DNA from: the human T2T-CHM13v2.0 reference genome, Homo sapiens
Reading direction: 5' to 3' (one strand)
DNA: 64,000 nt
NCBI RefSeq assembly: GCF_009914755.1
Contig: NC_060936.1
Shown: piece after piece, positions 40,920-56,870 of the stretch
How positions within the stretch are numbered: the first letter of the stretch is position 1
Layout: every line of letters starts with the position of its first letter
Translations under genes and position numbers: made by a program
Notes under the pieces: model-generated
Database searches by the model: none
What the model saw: only the letters and a program-made list of their open reading frames with translations
Told to the model about the DNA's origin: nothing

Positions 40920-41826
40920 AAGGTTTGTAAAGGCAGGGAGGTGAAGATTACAGGAGAAGTCACAGATCAATACGTGGAGGTCATACATTGGTTTGACCTA
41001 AAAAGACAGAACATCTTGAAGCAGGGAGGCCACAGGTCATAGGTGGATTCAAAGACTTTCTGATTTGCAATGGGTTAAAGAGGCAAAGCTTTGTTTAAAA
41101 ATTTGTGATCAGCAGAAAAGAATGTTAGCTCTGGCTTGTGGGTGTGACCTCCTCCAGGCCCCTCAGGAAGAAATTAAGAACACAGAACAGTGGCCAGAGT
41201 TCAGTTCTTAATTCCTCCTTATGTGAAACCTATGTGCCAGCGGATTCATTTGGTGGGGGTTTGGGTTTCTGGAAAACAACTCAGGGACATAGGTTAAGAC
41301 ACTATATTTGGTTTCTTTAAATTTTTTAACCTTTATTTTTAATAAATAGGTTCTTGTTTTGTCATCCAGGCTGGAGTACAGGGGTGAGATCATAGCTCAA
41401 TACAGCCTCGAACTCCTGGGCTCAAGTGCTCCTCTGACCTTAGCTAGGACTGCAGGTGCATACCACCACGGCAAGCTAATTTTTAAATTTTTTGTAGAGA
41501 TGAGGTCTTGTTGTGTTGTCCAGGCTGGTCTTGAAATCCTGGCTTCAAGGGATCCTCCTGCCTTGGCTTCCCAATTTGCCAGGTACAGGTGTGAGCCATC
41601 ATAGCAGGCCTGTTATCTTTAGTTTCTGTAGGGAACCAAACAATATTGTGACTTTAACTTCTTTGGGTATTAAGTTACTATTACCTTCTTGCTTATCAAG
41701 CTGCTCATTTACTTTTCAAGGCTAGCTAGGTGCCTGGAATTTCCCTTGAAGGAACTCGAGATTTTTCTATATTTCCTTGCTTGGGGTGGCCTACAGGCCC
41801 CTAAGACAGGTCCCTGCTCCGTCTCA
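40920..41826 (-). mobile_element. MER39-like ERV1 LTR, interrupted by AluJ
   Basis: Minus-strand start tgagacggagcagggacc...aagggaaattccaggcacctagctagcc. Confidence 0.8.
41312..41610 (-). mobile_element. AluJ
   Basis: Diverged dimer. Confidence 0.85.
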
Positions 41827-42214
41827 AAGCTGGTGAATATATCATCTGGGCCCCAGTGCCCGACTGCCTGGCTCTATCATGAGCTCCTTTAATAACCCCT
41901 CTTCCCCAGGTGTTCATCCATATCATGTTCCTTCCCTGACCCTGATCAAAACCCAGGGTAGACTCTGAGAATTAATTTTAGTCCACGAGACATCTTTCTG
42001 AAGGATATTTGCAACTTAAATCTTATCTTGAGTGGTAAAACAAAGCTCTGGCCACTCTCCCAGGAATTTTAGGCATCAGCAACCAGGAAAGACTTTTTAT
42101 CAAGCAGCCAGCATTATCAGTGCCCTTAATATTGCAGTATTTTAGTGGTGGATCTTGGAGAATGCTGGACCTGAACAGAATAGTAATTCAAAGTCAGATG
42201 TATAAGATGACATA

Positions 42215-42990
<776 letters not shown>

Positions 42991-43199
42991 ACTGTTATCT
43001 CTACCATAGATACTATTTCTTTTAAGCCAGCTATGTTCTCTGTTTTGCTTTGTTTTTAGGGCTGAGTAGGTGGACATATGCCAACTCACTTGGCTGACTT
43101 AAGTCATCACCAAAAAATAAATGGTATCCCTCCCAGCTGATTAGTTTTTTTTTTCCAGCCAGATTAAAGGTCTGAATTACAGGAGATTTTTTTTTAAAG

Positions 43200-43950
43200 A
43201 CATTGTAATTTTCTCCTCAAATTTCTTTGCATGCCTTTAACTGGTAAGTCCTTCTTGGTAGTTTCACTGCATTTGGATTTTAAACCTACCACTCTTCTCA
43301 AGTTGCTCCTATGAACGTCTTCAATGACCTTCCTGATGGCTAGATTCAAGATACCCACTTCAGTACTTATCTTTCTTAAACACACCATGGCTGTTGATGC
43401 CAGTGACCACTCCACGGATTCCAAAACCATCCACTTCCTGTAAGTCCTAGCTCTTTTTCAATTCTTTCTTCATTGTCTCTCTGTGTAGACGTGTCTTCCT
43501 TTTCTGACCCCAGGGTTCTACCCCCAAACCCTCTTCACTTCTTTCTCCAACATTCTTCCTGAGAGATGTCAGTCATTCCAATGACTGTATGCTAAGGATG
43601 CCCAGTCTGCATTTGCAGCTCAAGTGTCTCTCTTGAGATCCTGCATTATACATTTAAAGGTTTCCTGGGTATCTTCATTTGGAAGACCTATAGATAACTC
43701 TAACTTAAGTTCAAAAGTTAGCTCACTATCCTTCTCCCCAGATACATTCCTCTTCCTCCTTTTTCTGTTTAGGCCCCCCTTTCCCCTCTAGATACCCAGC
43801 TAGAAACTTGGAAACCATCCTCATTCTCCACATTCAATTGATCTCAGAATCCTGCTGCTTCAAATTCCCTTTATATCTCCTGAATCTGTCCCCTCCTGAC
43901 TATTTTCCCTTGCATTACACAGGCTCTGGCTTGCACTGGCTTTCTAATAG
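43200..43950 (+). mobile_element. L2 fragment (source of two templated copies)
   Basis: caatgaccttcctgatggctagattc, tatgctaaggatgcccagtctgcatttgcagc and other L2 ORF2/3' motifs. Confidence 0.7.
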
Positions 43951-43954
43951 ACTT

Positions 43955-44915
<961 letters not shown>

Positions 44916-45209
44916 TACCTCTCGTGGACCTTTGCAACTGTCCCCTCACTGTCTTCTATCTTCTTCATGACAAATGCATTCTCCCACTCTAGGTAGAGTT
45001 TATTTTTTTTAAAGGCAAACGTGCTTTTGTCATTTCCCTGATTAAAGCCTTTCTATGGCTCCATGTTAGGCAATGATGCAATTCAAAGCTTTAGCACAGC
45101 ACACAAGGATCTTCATGAGATGATCCCTTTGCTTGTCTTGTCTTATCTCCCAACATTATCTCCTGAATGTTCTACCACAAAACTTATAACCTTACATTGT
45201 ACAATTATC

Positions 45210-46090
45210 AATGGTTTAATCAATTTATTAAACAAGTGTTTACGGAACACTTACTGTTCTGGACATAGGTTCTATAGCAGTGAAGAAAACAAAGTCCCTG
45301 CCTTCATGGATTTTCCATTTTGGTGGGTCTTGGCAGTGATGGTAGAAGGCTATAAACAAATAAATAATATATCAGGTGGTGATAAGTGCCATAAACAAAT
45401 ATAAAGAGGCACAGAGAATGCTGCGGGGAGGTTGCTATCTTAGCTAAGGTGGTCAGGGAAGACCTCTCTAATGAGGTGACTTTTGAACAGAGACCTGAAA
45501 GTAGTAAGAGGGGGAGCCATGAGGATATGTGGGGGGATGGCATTCTTAGAGGTTGCAGTGATTGCAAAGCTCTGTGACAGGAGTGACCCTGGCAAGAGCA
45601 ACAGGGGGGCCCATATGGCTGGGGTAGAGTGAGCCAGGGGAAAAGTGGTTGAAGATGAGATCAAAGAATTAGAAGAGAAATCAGATCATGTCGACTCTTA
45701 AGGCCATAGGAAGGACTTAAAGTGCTCTAAGACAAAAATTTATTGGAAAGCTTTGAGAAGAGGAACAAGATATGATCATGTTTTGAGAGGACCTCTCTCA
45801 ATGCAGTATGTGAAATATACTCTGCAGTGGGGAAGTGCAGAGGTACAGGTGCCAGCTGGAAGACCATGAAAATAATCCAGGCAACAGAGAATCGTGGTTT
45901 GGACAAGAAGGGTTGTAATGGAGAGGGTGAGATGTTATATTCTGCATATAACTTGTAGGTAAAGCTGACAGAATTTTCCAAGGTATTGGATGCAGAGTAT
46001 GAAAGGAAGGGAACAATGACTCCAAATTTGTGGCATGTCAACCAAATGGAAAAATAATATGGCACCATCAAAACCAAAATTATGAAGACT
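45210..46090 (-). mobile_element. L2a
   Basis: ggtcagggaagacctctctaatgaggtgacttttgaacagagacctgaa. Confidence 0.8.
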
Positions 46091-47198
46091 GTGGAAATAT
46101 GGGCAAATATTTATAATGAAATATTAAGTGAAAAGAATGGAATTCAAAACAGCATGTTTCCAATGATTACAAGTCTGTTAATTGCAAACAACTAGTAATA
46201 TGCCAAAATAATAATAATTCTATGGTAAATTTTAGAAATTATCAGCCTTAAAACCAAGGGTAACACTGGTAAAAGGTTAGTGTGCCCTTTTCAGGATTAG
46301 GCCGTCACATAATTCCACAAATTAACTCTCTTGGTCTCAGTGCATAAGAAATAGAATGACGGAATCTAGACATGGATGGTGGGGTGCTGGTGGGGGGTGG
46401 TTGGAGATCACCTGATACAACCCTCTCCTCTTACGGTGACAGAACCAAAGGCTCCAAATATTAATGGTGTTCCATAAGGTCACACTGTTAATTATGAGCA
46501 GAGCTCAACCTAACGTGCAGCCTACTAACACTTGGTCCACTAGTCCTGGTAAATCCTTGCACCTAATTTTATTTTCTGCTTTTGAAATTATCCTGGAAAT
46601 GTATTTCTCACAGTTTACTGAAATCTTGTTTCTTGGTGATTTATTCAAAATCACTCTACTCACCTAGACTTGTTTGCATGCAAAGTATACCCTATTTTCA
46701 AAGTTGAGAAGACGTGAAATGTCTTTTCCTCTGCAAAGCCTTGCACAACATGTGAATCCTAATATTAGACCTTCAAATGCGGAAACTTGGTAAATCCCAT
46801 ATGTGCATAACAAATGCTTACTCCACATTTTTCCAGGTCTCTGATTTATTCAGCAGGATAAGTTATTAATAACTGTAATGCTGGGTGAGATAAAGTTACC
46901 TGTCATAACAAATTTGAGTCTGGAAGTAAATAAAGTAAAAAACTGGGAAAACCCCCAATATCTTAACATTTATTAGATTCCCATTAATGTCACGTTCCTA
47001 TTACTGAGGTATCTAGGTAAATACTACAGAAGAATTGGAGAGAAAACCTCCAATAGGATTGGTTACATGTCTTTTAGAGGAATTAAGATACTGCAGAGAG
47101 AGAAGAGTGATTCTTGGAAAGAATGCAGAACCAGATACTCATATTACTGAATTTATGATACTGAGGTAGTACTAGGTAGTAGAAAGAGCTTCAGGCTG

Positions 47199-47552
47199 TA
47201 ACATGGTTTGTCTCTGTGTCCCCACCAAAATCTCATCTTGAATTGTAATCCCCACGTGTTGAGGGAGGGAGATGATTGGATCATGGGGGCGGTTTCCACT
47301 ATGCCGTTCTCATGATCGTGAGTGAGTTCTCACAAGATCTAATGGTTTTATAAGAGTCTCTTCCCCCTACACTTTCTCTTCTCTCTCCTGCTGCCTTGTA
47401 AAGAAGGTACTTGCTTCCCCTTCCACCATGGTTATAAGTTTCCTGAGGCCTCTCCAGCCATGTGGAACTGTGAGCCAATTAAAACTCTTTCCTTTATAAA
47501 TTACCCAGTCTCAGCGAAGTTCTTTATAGCAGTGTGAACATGGATTAATACA
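47199..47552 (+). mobile_element. THE1D/MSTA solo LTR
   Basis: TSD GGCTG at 47194-47198 and 47553-47557. Confidence 0.88.
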
Positions 47553-49049
47553 GGCTGGAACTCAGCATATCTAAATCCTAGCCACTGTTCTACCACTATA
47601 GCAAACTTAGACAGTTTACTTATTCAACCTTGAATGCCTTACACTGACATTCAGTCTGCAAATATTTATTGAGCTCCTACTATATCACAGGCTGCAACAG
47701 ACACTGTGAGTAGCCAACTCAATATCCACATCCACTTCTTTGCTCATAGAACGCTGATTTTGTTTGGGGAGGCAATTTGCTCAGCTAACTACTTCCTTTC
47801 CCAGTCTCCGTTGCAGCTAGAGGTGGCCATGTGACACAGTTTTGGCCGATGAGACAGAAGCAGAAGATAGCTGGGGATTCACATGGAGATCAGAGGTCCC
47901 TGGGATGCAGAGAAGACTTGCTTTTTTCCTATACAGACTTCAGAATCTGGTTCTGTCTATTACCAACAAGTTCTATGATAAAGGATGGATACCTGGCTTA
48001 GTCTGTGAGGGAGTAACAAAGCTGAGAAAGCTTATTGGAAGAGGTGATTTTTAAAGTGGGTCATGAAATATCTCTGGGCTTCTGGTTCCTCATTTATAAA
48101 ACAAGAAGATTGAACTAGATTCACTGTTTATATCTTGGGTTAAAATTAAAAAAGCCACTGATGAAAAAATATCTTACTTATAAATATAGAGAAAGTTAAA
48201 GGAGCAAAAAGCCGTATTATATTTGGAATAATAAACAGGGCATTGGATACGGGTTTGTGTGTGTGCATATGAGAAATTCAACAACTTCAACGTGGAAACT
48301 ACAGCCCAGGGCAAAGAGTGAGCTTTCCTGTAAACCACGGCCCTAAAGTGTTCAGAAGATATTTTTATTAATTTGTTTTTGGATCCATTTTTTTAAAAAT
48401 CATTCTTCCTTGGGAAAAACTCAGATTGCAAAAATTCCGAACAAGAAAGAGAACTGCTTGCCTGTTAATAGAGGTGAGAGAGAGTGGAAGGAACTGAACC
48501 TGACCATCTGAGAGAAAAGGAGAGGGGATTTAATTTGACAACAACATGACCCAAGAGAATGATCTCAAAAGGCAAATGCAACTTGACTCCCTTTTAGTGG
48601 AGATGAAAACTAATTTTGTCTAAAGCTTTCTAGTGAACAAAATGTTTTCATATCCCTTATCTTATTTGATCTTCACAACAACTTGACGGGGAAGCATTAT
48701 TAATATCCTTCTTTGACAGAGAGGAAAGCTGATAGGATCTCTTCAAGGTCAGACAACATAAGTAAGTGGTAGAACTTGGACTCAAACACTCCAAATACTA
48801 TATTCTTTTCATGATTGCAGAACTGCCTCAAACTGCAATTTAACAAAAAGAAAATGGTTTGCACATCTTTTAACAACAAGAACATCAGCACAAATGTTTC
48901 CTACACAAAATAGTTAAACAGCAAACTCTTGGTGAGGCAGCTAGTAGGCAATTTTCTACGCGAGTCTTTTATTCCAGTTATTATAATTTGAAGCCAAGGG
49001 TGGAAAATTTGAAAGTGGGATCACAGGAAGTAACTACAGAGTAGAGGGC

Positions 49050-49470
49050 TTTACATTAGTCTAGATAGGCTAACTGCTATAACAAAGAACCAGCCACTCT
49101 TAACACAATAAAAGTTTATTTCTCACTTTCAAAATGTGGGTATTCCTTGTCAGGCTGGCTTTCATGTAAGGGGTAATTTAGGGATTACAGTCTTTCCACC
49201 TCGTGACACCACCGTCTTCACACATGGCTCTCTGTGAAAGGGTGAGCAAACATGAGGGCACACCATATACTTAACCAACTGACTTAGCTCTATAAAGACA
49301 CACACATCACTTTTGCTCTCATTCATTGTTGGCTAGAAATAGTCACCTGACTGCCATGTAGAAGAAAGTTAGGTTGGGAAATGTAGTCCCTGAATGGGCA
49401 GCTGCTTTCCAGTATCCAAGATACATGATAGAAGGGAAACATGAATCTCTGGCATCAGCTGCCTCTGCTG
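49050..49470 (-). mobile_element. Old MLT1 (J/K-like) LTR
   Basis: attagtctagataggctaactgctataacaaa...cattgttggctagaaatagtcacctgac. Confidence 0.6.
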
Positions 49471-49769
49471 TAGAACTCAAAGTCATTGGATCATTGGTTC
49501 TCACCCCACTAAAACCTGGAGAGGCCTACAAAACATGTTCAATTGCAGCAATCTAGAAAGAAGGCATTTTGTACCAGGAATATTTGTAGAATTGGAGGAG
49601 AGTTGCACCATCAGCATTGGCTCAGGTGTAAGTAATAGCTAAGGGAAACAGAAGTAGTTAAAGCCAGGGAAATGTTACTGGGATGATTCTGTGTTTTAAA
49701 GATGTGTTCTGGTTAGTATTTAGTGCCCACTTTATGTGGCAGGTTTAGAAGCACAAAGTCATTGAGGCA

Positions 49770-50260
49770 GTGTGTCAGCTATCTTCTGTGGATCCCCTAG
49801 ATTCACTTTACCATTTTCCACTCTGCCCTCTACCCTAGGAGCCTTCCCTGTCTGTTCTACATTGAAGGGCTGCCCAGCCCTCTGTATCCCAATTGGGGAA
49901 CCCATGCAGCCCATAAGAAGCCCTGGTAGAAGACTAGAGAAAGGGAGGAGAGGAGGTCAGGGGTCTGTGCCCTTGGCTTCATTCCTGCAAGGTAGCCTGA
50001 GGTTTGCCATGTCCTTCTATGGATGGTCACTGCTCCTTCAAGCTTCTGTGCTTTGCAAGACCCTCTCTTCTTCCAGGTTGTGGTAACATCTCTGTCCTGG
50101 GATCCCTTCAAGCCTAGGAGTGATAATAGTTCTGCTATTCCCAGCCCAGGGTTTCTGTGCCATCTTCAGGGGTCCCCCAGATCTCATTCACACTTTTGTT
50201 CTTAGTTTCTTTGCAAAAAAATATAATTTGATTTTGCCACTTGTTTCCATGTTTGGCTAA
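49770..50260. mobile_element. LTR33-like ERVL LTR
   Basis: tgtcagctatc...ccactctgccctctaccctagga...cttcaagcctaggagtgataa. Confidence 0.55.
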
Positions 50261-52129
50261 CATATTTAAAAAAATCTGTTAGCATTATGCCCTCAGCCCC
50301 AAGCAGGAGGTACTTTCTCTGTATAAACTGGAAGAATCCTTTTTTTGTTGTTCTTAGCATTTTTTAAATCAGCCTCAGAGATTTGGGGCTTTACCCCCTG
50401 GACATGATTCTTACAGGGCTTCGCCAGATTTTGTGTATTCAGTCTTGATTATGTGTCCCTCATTCCCTCTTCCTGTACATGCCCTTTGAAAATTTGAGCT
50501 CATCAGCACAGTCCCCACCCAGTCACATGTCCTTCATCATTGCTCCCTGAATCTTCTAAAAGAAGAAATTGCTAACAAGGCAAGTGAAGGATTCATCAAA
50601 TGTTTTGCTTTTTGCAGAATGAGAGTTCCATCAGATATCAAAAAAGCTGAATTAGGAAGAATCCAGTAGAGGAGGTAAAAGCTTGTTTTGAGATTTCCTG
50701 TGTTGCCAGAGAAATCCAGATATGCTGGATATCTAAACTCAACTGTTGTTTGTCCAATTCATTTTCTTCCCTGATTATTTTTGAAGTCTGTATTTTTTTT
50801 TTAAAGTTTTACCTGGTTTTATCACAGCTCTATGCTGAGTCATCTCCCTTCTCTATTCTCTCAACTCTCCAAGGAAAATTTTGTTTGATTTCCAGTTTCT
50901 CCTCTTAGCCTACACTTTTTTGATCCTGCTTCTCTGAGAAACAACTTTCTTCTAGCCTCAGCTGGTACAGAACCTGCTCTTTCTTTTCATCTTCTACAGT
51001 GGAATTTTTGAGTCAGATAGAATTGGGCTTGACTTCTGCCACTTTCTAGACTGAGTGACCTTGGTGAGATTTCTGGACCTAATCTCAGTTTCTTCATTTG
51101 TAAAATGGAGATAAGAAAGGTTCCTAGCTCAAAGGACTACTATGAGTGTTACATGGGAAAATGAATATGCCATGTATGGCAAATAGAGAGCACTCAACAA
51201 GTACTGATCATTTTTATTATAACCCACTGTATGTGACCTAAATGCCTGGGTTCTAGATTTGATCTGTTGTTCAAAGTGGAACCTGAGGTCTTTTTTCCCT
51301 TCTGGAGGACCCCAGAAGTGTTCTTACTTGTTTATTGCTGACTGATGCCCTTCCATTTGTTCTGGTTATTGCTCTAAATAGAGCAGAGTCACTTAAAATA
51401 TGCATAAAAAATCAAACTGAACCAATATTTATGGAGTACCTTATAAATACCAGATATTGTGTCGACAATGCTCAATAGATCTTCTACAAGAAAGGTTAAT
51501 GCTAATTACAGGCTCAGACACAGGCAGTGGACAACTTTGTTTGTATAAGACGGTCGTCAACTTTTTTATTCCCTACTCTAATTTGACTTTCAATTTGTTC
51601 TAATCATCTGACCATAGGCAGCATTTTCTGGAACAGGTTTTTGAAAGTTTCAAAAAGGCAATCATAGACACATAAAATTTGGATGGAAGGGATTATTTCA
51701 AAATCACCTGTTTTTAGTACTCTTTTGCTTATCAAAAGACAGCATTTGCTTTGAATAAATATAATTTCAAAAGGCTTTTTTAATGGTCATTCGTTCTTGA
51801 TAAAGTTACATACTTGTTCAGGTTTTATTTGCTCTAACTCTGTACCTACACATTTGTACCAGCTCTTTTCCCTCCTCCACAGGGACCTGACCCAATTTTC
51901 TGTTTCAGTGGGCTTTCCAATTTGCATTTAAGTTCTTTATGCCATTCTTGTCACCTGGTTGATATATCTAGGTTTAGCTACCTTCAGTTGTTTCTTCTTC
52001 CATTTAATTTTTCCCATCCCTTCTTATATCCCAGGATATTTGCCTCTTTTGTTTTTGTCTTTGAAATGTCACTTAAGACTGACAATTTTGGAGCTAGAAA
52101 GACCTCTAAAAGTCATCTATTTTATAGAT

Positions 52130-52680
52130 GATGAGTTTGGAATGTTCTTGGTTGCAAGTAACAGGGTATGCAAATAAAGTGGTTTAAACAATAGGAGTGC
52201 ACATTTTTCATATAACACTAAGTCTGAAAATAGGTTGTCCCAGGTTGTTTCAAAGGCTCAACAATGTCAATGACGACCCGGCTCTTCCCATTTTTCCATG
52301 CTGGAACTTCAGTGTGTTTGCAATGTCTCCTCTCAAGGTCTAGGCAAGCCATAGCAGCTCCAAGTATTATAGTCTCATTTTTCAGCATCCCAAGAAGGAA
52401 GTAGATAGGGTCAAAAGTCCTTCTCATGAATCTTTTTCTTTTATCAGGGAGGACAAACTTTTCCTGAATGTTTTCATCAGACCTTCTCTTAATCTCATGG
52501 GTCATAACCTAATCACAAGCCTACCTTTAGACCAATTAGTGTCAAAAAGAAAATAATTCCCATCCTTGGCTTAAACCAATCATAATTAATTCCCCTGGGG
52601 GTGGGCACATTCCCACATACAAACAACTGTGGTTCTATTATCCAGAAGGAAGATGAAAGGACTGTTGGATAAGCACACCT
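52130..52680 (-). mobile_element. MLT1K/L-like LTR
   Basis: ttggttgcaagtaacag...ggctcaacaatgtcaatga...ggcttaaaccaatca. Confidence 0.65.
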
Positions 52681-53974
52681 GCCTAGTCTCCACATACCTA
52701 CTGCCGCCACCATTTATAGGGGAGAAATCTGAGGTCCATTGAGGTTAAAGGCTTCCTAAGGAACACATACATAGAATGTGTCAAAGCCAAGACTGAGTCC
52801 TTCATCTTATGTCCCAGAATTAATTCCTCCATTCAATAATTTTTAAAGTAACCTTTAACCATAAAAGTTCTGGGGAAGAAATGGAAGTCAGTAGAGAGCC
52901 AAGTCAAGGGGAATTTCTTTTCCTGTTTCCATGTCCCAGACTCAGACTTACAGGGTGATAGACTTGTTATGTCCAAATTTGTGAAGTTAGCTCATACATT
53001 CATCCAACAAATACTTACTGCTCTCCTACAATATGTTAAGAATAGTATTACATGCTAGGGATACAGTTCATTTGGTTCATTTTCATAATTGCGCCTTCAA
53101 ATATTAAATCGAAATCCAGGGGTAGAACTGTAGAAATCATTGTAATTGTGGATAGAGATAACATGTATTTCTCAAAGCTTATTTTATTTTCCTCTTCCTA
53201 GTCACATAGGAAGACTACATTTCCCAGCCTCCTTTGAAACTAAGTTGGACCGGATGTGGGCAGAGGTAATGTATGTCATTTCCAAGTCTGGCTCTAAAAC
53301 TCTTTATGCTCTGGAAAAGGAGCAGGATCATCTCTACTAGGCATTTTTCCTGTAGTTTGGATTGTCAGACAGTATCTCCACCTTTTTTCCCCTTCAGCTT
53401 CATATGGTTTAGCAAATTAATAGCTTTGAGGATAGTCTTGGACTCTCATAGCTTTTTAACACTTTCCCACCGGTTCCTTTTAATAAATGGCCTCATCTTG
53501 TTTTATTTCAGCTTCTTTGAAATGAAGAAATGTTTCCCTTTTTAAATCTGAAGCAGAAGTCTATTTTTCCATCTGGAGGGGAAGGTCTAGAAGTAACAAC
53601 CTCATTAGTGGAAGTTCAAGCCCAGTCACAGATTGTGGAGAAGGGGGTTAAGTCTCATCTCAGGGTTGGGCTTAGTTGCTTTTAATTCCCTTCTAGTCAT
53701 GAGAGTCTGTGTTCTTATGCATTTGCTCTATTTCTGCCTCTTAATACTAACAACTTAATGGGGAGAGGAAAGTGAAAACAAGATAAATCTAAGCCTTTGA
53801 AAGTTCTAAGTCCCTCACATGTAAAACTGGGATAGCAAACTCTACTTCATTGGGTTGTTGGAAGGATTCAATGAGATAAGAGATAAGATGTTTCAACAAT
53901 AAGGCCTAGCACATGCTAGAACTTAAAAATGATGTTATTTAAATTATTATATTGTTATTGTTGAGGGATGCCAG

Positions 53975-54215
53975 AATATGGTAGTTAAGAACCTAGACTA
54001 AGAACCTCAGAATGCCTGTATTCAAATCCCTGCTCAGCCATGTACTTGTCACATTATTTGTATAAGTCACTCAATCTCCTATTACACATTGTTTCTGTCT
54101 GCAAAATGACAATAATAATAATATTTGCCTCACAAAGTTGTTATGAGAATTGAGTTAATTCATTGAAAATGCTTAGAACAGTACCTGGCACAGTTAAACA
54201 CTTCAGACTGTTAGT
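53975..54215 (+). mobile_element. MIR
   Basis: gtagttaagaacctagac...ttcaaatccctgctc...gcttagaacagtacctggcaca. Confidence 0.75.
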
Positions 54216-54584
54216 GGTTCATGTGGTAGTTTCGTTTCTCTTGCCTTATTACATCTTTTTTTTTTTTTCAAATGAAACAGCATGGCATTAAATCAGCCTC
54301 ATGACTTAATATAGGCCAAGTGATATGGGACCTTTTGAGATTTCTATGTTAGAAAATGGAAAATTGTCTTGGTTTCCTACATGCAATTTATTCTTGCCAT
54401 ATCTTCTCTCTGTCTAGTGCTTAGTATAAACAGTAGGTCCCTAATCAATTGTGTATTAAAATTCTATGCTTGCCTTTTCTGATTTTATACTATATGTTGC
54501 ATATTTGATATGAAATGTTTGGTTTTGTGACCATTTCACGTTTCAGTATCCAAAAGTGTTAAGTCATTTCTAAAAGCCTCATAA

Positions 54585-54827
<243 letters not shown>

Positions 54828-55911
54828 TAAAAGTCATATACTTATTTAAGTAAAAGCCACTTTCATACAAAAGAAGAGGAAACATGAATTGTTAGCCTTT
54901 GAAAATTTAGCATACCATGAGGTGCTTCAAAGTTTTACTTCTTGTCAACAGATGCTGTACCTTTTCTGAGTTAGTGGCTCAGTTTTAGCTATTGGCTACA
55001 TATAAAACATTTCTTAAGTAAGTACTGGAAATTGAATAACAGTCTCAATCAATATCTCATTAAAATGCATGAAAACATTGAAAAGGTACCAAAGATAACC
55101 AGTGACCTATATAGTATGTGGAAAAGTTATCTAACTTCTAGGGCTTTGATAACTGATTTGGATATAAAAGAAAGATAAACTACAATACCTTTTGAATCTT
55201 TTGAATAGACAATAAGAAATCAGTTCCATGGGTCTTTACAATTTGTTGTAACAACACACAATATCACATGTTCAAGTTAACTGCTACACATTTCATTAAA
55301 GGTGATCTATTTGTGGGAAAGACAGAGACCGAGAACAGAGAAAAATAATAGATTGACTCACCTCACCTCCTCAGTTTAATAGGCTCTAAGTCCAAAAGGT
55401 CACAAGGACAACTGAGTCAGTGGGGGAACCCAGAGAAGCTAATCATTCATAAACTCTTGTATTGCTCTTCCCTACCTAACCCAGGAGGATGAGAGAGGAT
55501 TGGTTGTTACAACACAATATGTTATGTAACTCTTGGAGACCCTATTGGGTTGTTCCTTTAACATTAAACAGAACCTGGATTTGAGTCCTGGTTCCATTAT
55601 TTCCTGGCTATGTGGTCTTGTGACATCACATTTTCTTCATTCGTAAAATGGGGATAATAACAGTCTCTACTTCTGTGAGTAACTGTGAGAATTATAAAGC
55701 ACTTTGCAATAGACCTGACACATAGTAAATGCAAAATAAATGTATCTATTATCATCATTATGTTCAATTATATTAGGTAAGTCACTTCAGCTTTCTGGTC
55801 CTTAGTTTGCCTCATAAGTCAAAATGAGCATGACTATTCGTACTCATTTGAGGGCATGCAGATAGATGATCTCCCAAGGTCATGTCCCATGATTCTTGAC
55901 TGAAAAAAAAT

Positions 55912-56036
55912 TATATCTCTATCTCTATCTATCTATCTATCATCTATCTATCTTATATCTGTATTTCCATATATCTATATCTCTTCCTCTCTCTCTTTCT
56001 CTCATTCTCTCTCTCTCTTTCTCTCTCTCTCTTTCT
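55912..56036. repeat. (TATC)/(TC)n compound simple repeat
   Basis: Directly visible. Confidence 0.9.
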
Positions 56037-56329
56037 CCATTTGTCTTGAACATAGAGCATAGGAGTAAAACTGACCCATGATTATGAATCAAACTATGAG
56101 CATGTTGGCAAAGTCACCTGTGTGATGGAGTTATTTTGACACTCTCCCTCACACCCATATTCAATGTATTATTCATTAAACAAATACATAACAAATGTAA
56201 GTGCCAGATATTCACCAGGCCATCTTTTAGAAACTGAGAAAACAAAAATTCAAAGTCTCTGTCCTCTTGGTGATCATTTCGAAAGTACTATCAGTAATAG
56301 ACAATAAACAAATGAGGAAATGAATACCA

Positions 56330-56870
56330 TGACCCCATCAAGTCCTGTGAGCTATATCTTCAAAATATAGCTCAGATCTGACCATGCCCACTGCCTTTCC
56401 TGCTACCATCATATAAATCAACATCATTTCTGGCCTTGGTTACTGAACCGGCCTCCCAACTGGTTGCCCTGTGTCCACTCCTGGTACCCTCATGCCTATT
56501 CTGCACCCAGCAACATATGTGGATATTACATTATAGCACTCCCTTACTTAAAACCTACAGATGGCTTCCCATCACACTTGAAACAAAAAACAAAGCCTTT
56601 TCCTATATGATCTATCCCTTGGCTACCTCTTCACTGACTTCTTACCGCTCACTCCCTTCTTCTGTCCACTGCAGCCACATTTGTCTGTCTGTCCTTCCTC
56701 AATCATGCCTTTGTACTTCCTGTCCCTCTGCCTGGGGTACACTTTCCTTATATTTCTCTCCATCACCTCATTTGAGTTTTAGCCCTTCAGGACATCTTTC
56801 CAGCTACCCTTCTCAGAATAAGCTGTCCATCCCATCTCTCTTTAGACCGTGTCCTGCTTTATTTTACTAC
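56330..56870 (+). mobile_element. L2 3' region
   Basis: cttaaaacctacagatggcttcccatcacact...ccctctgcctggggtacact. Confidence 0.7.

Noticed and set aside
47162-47171. TGAGGTAGTA, identical to the let-7 5' end
   Set aside because: Only 10 nt match and there is no hairpin.
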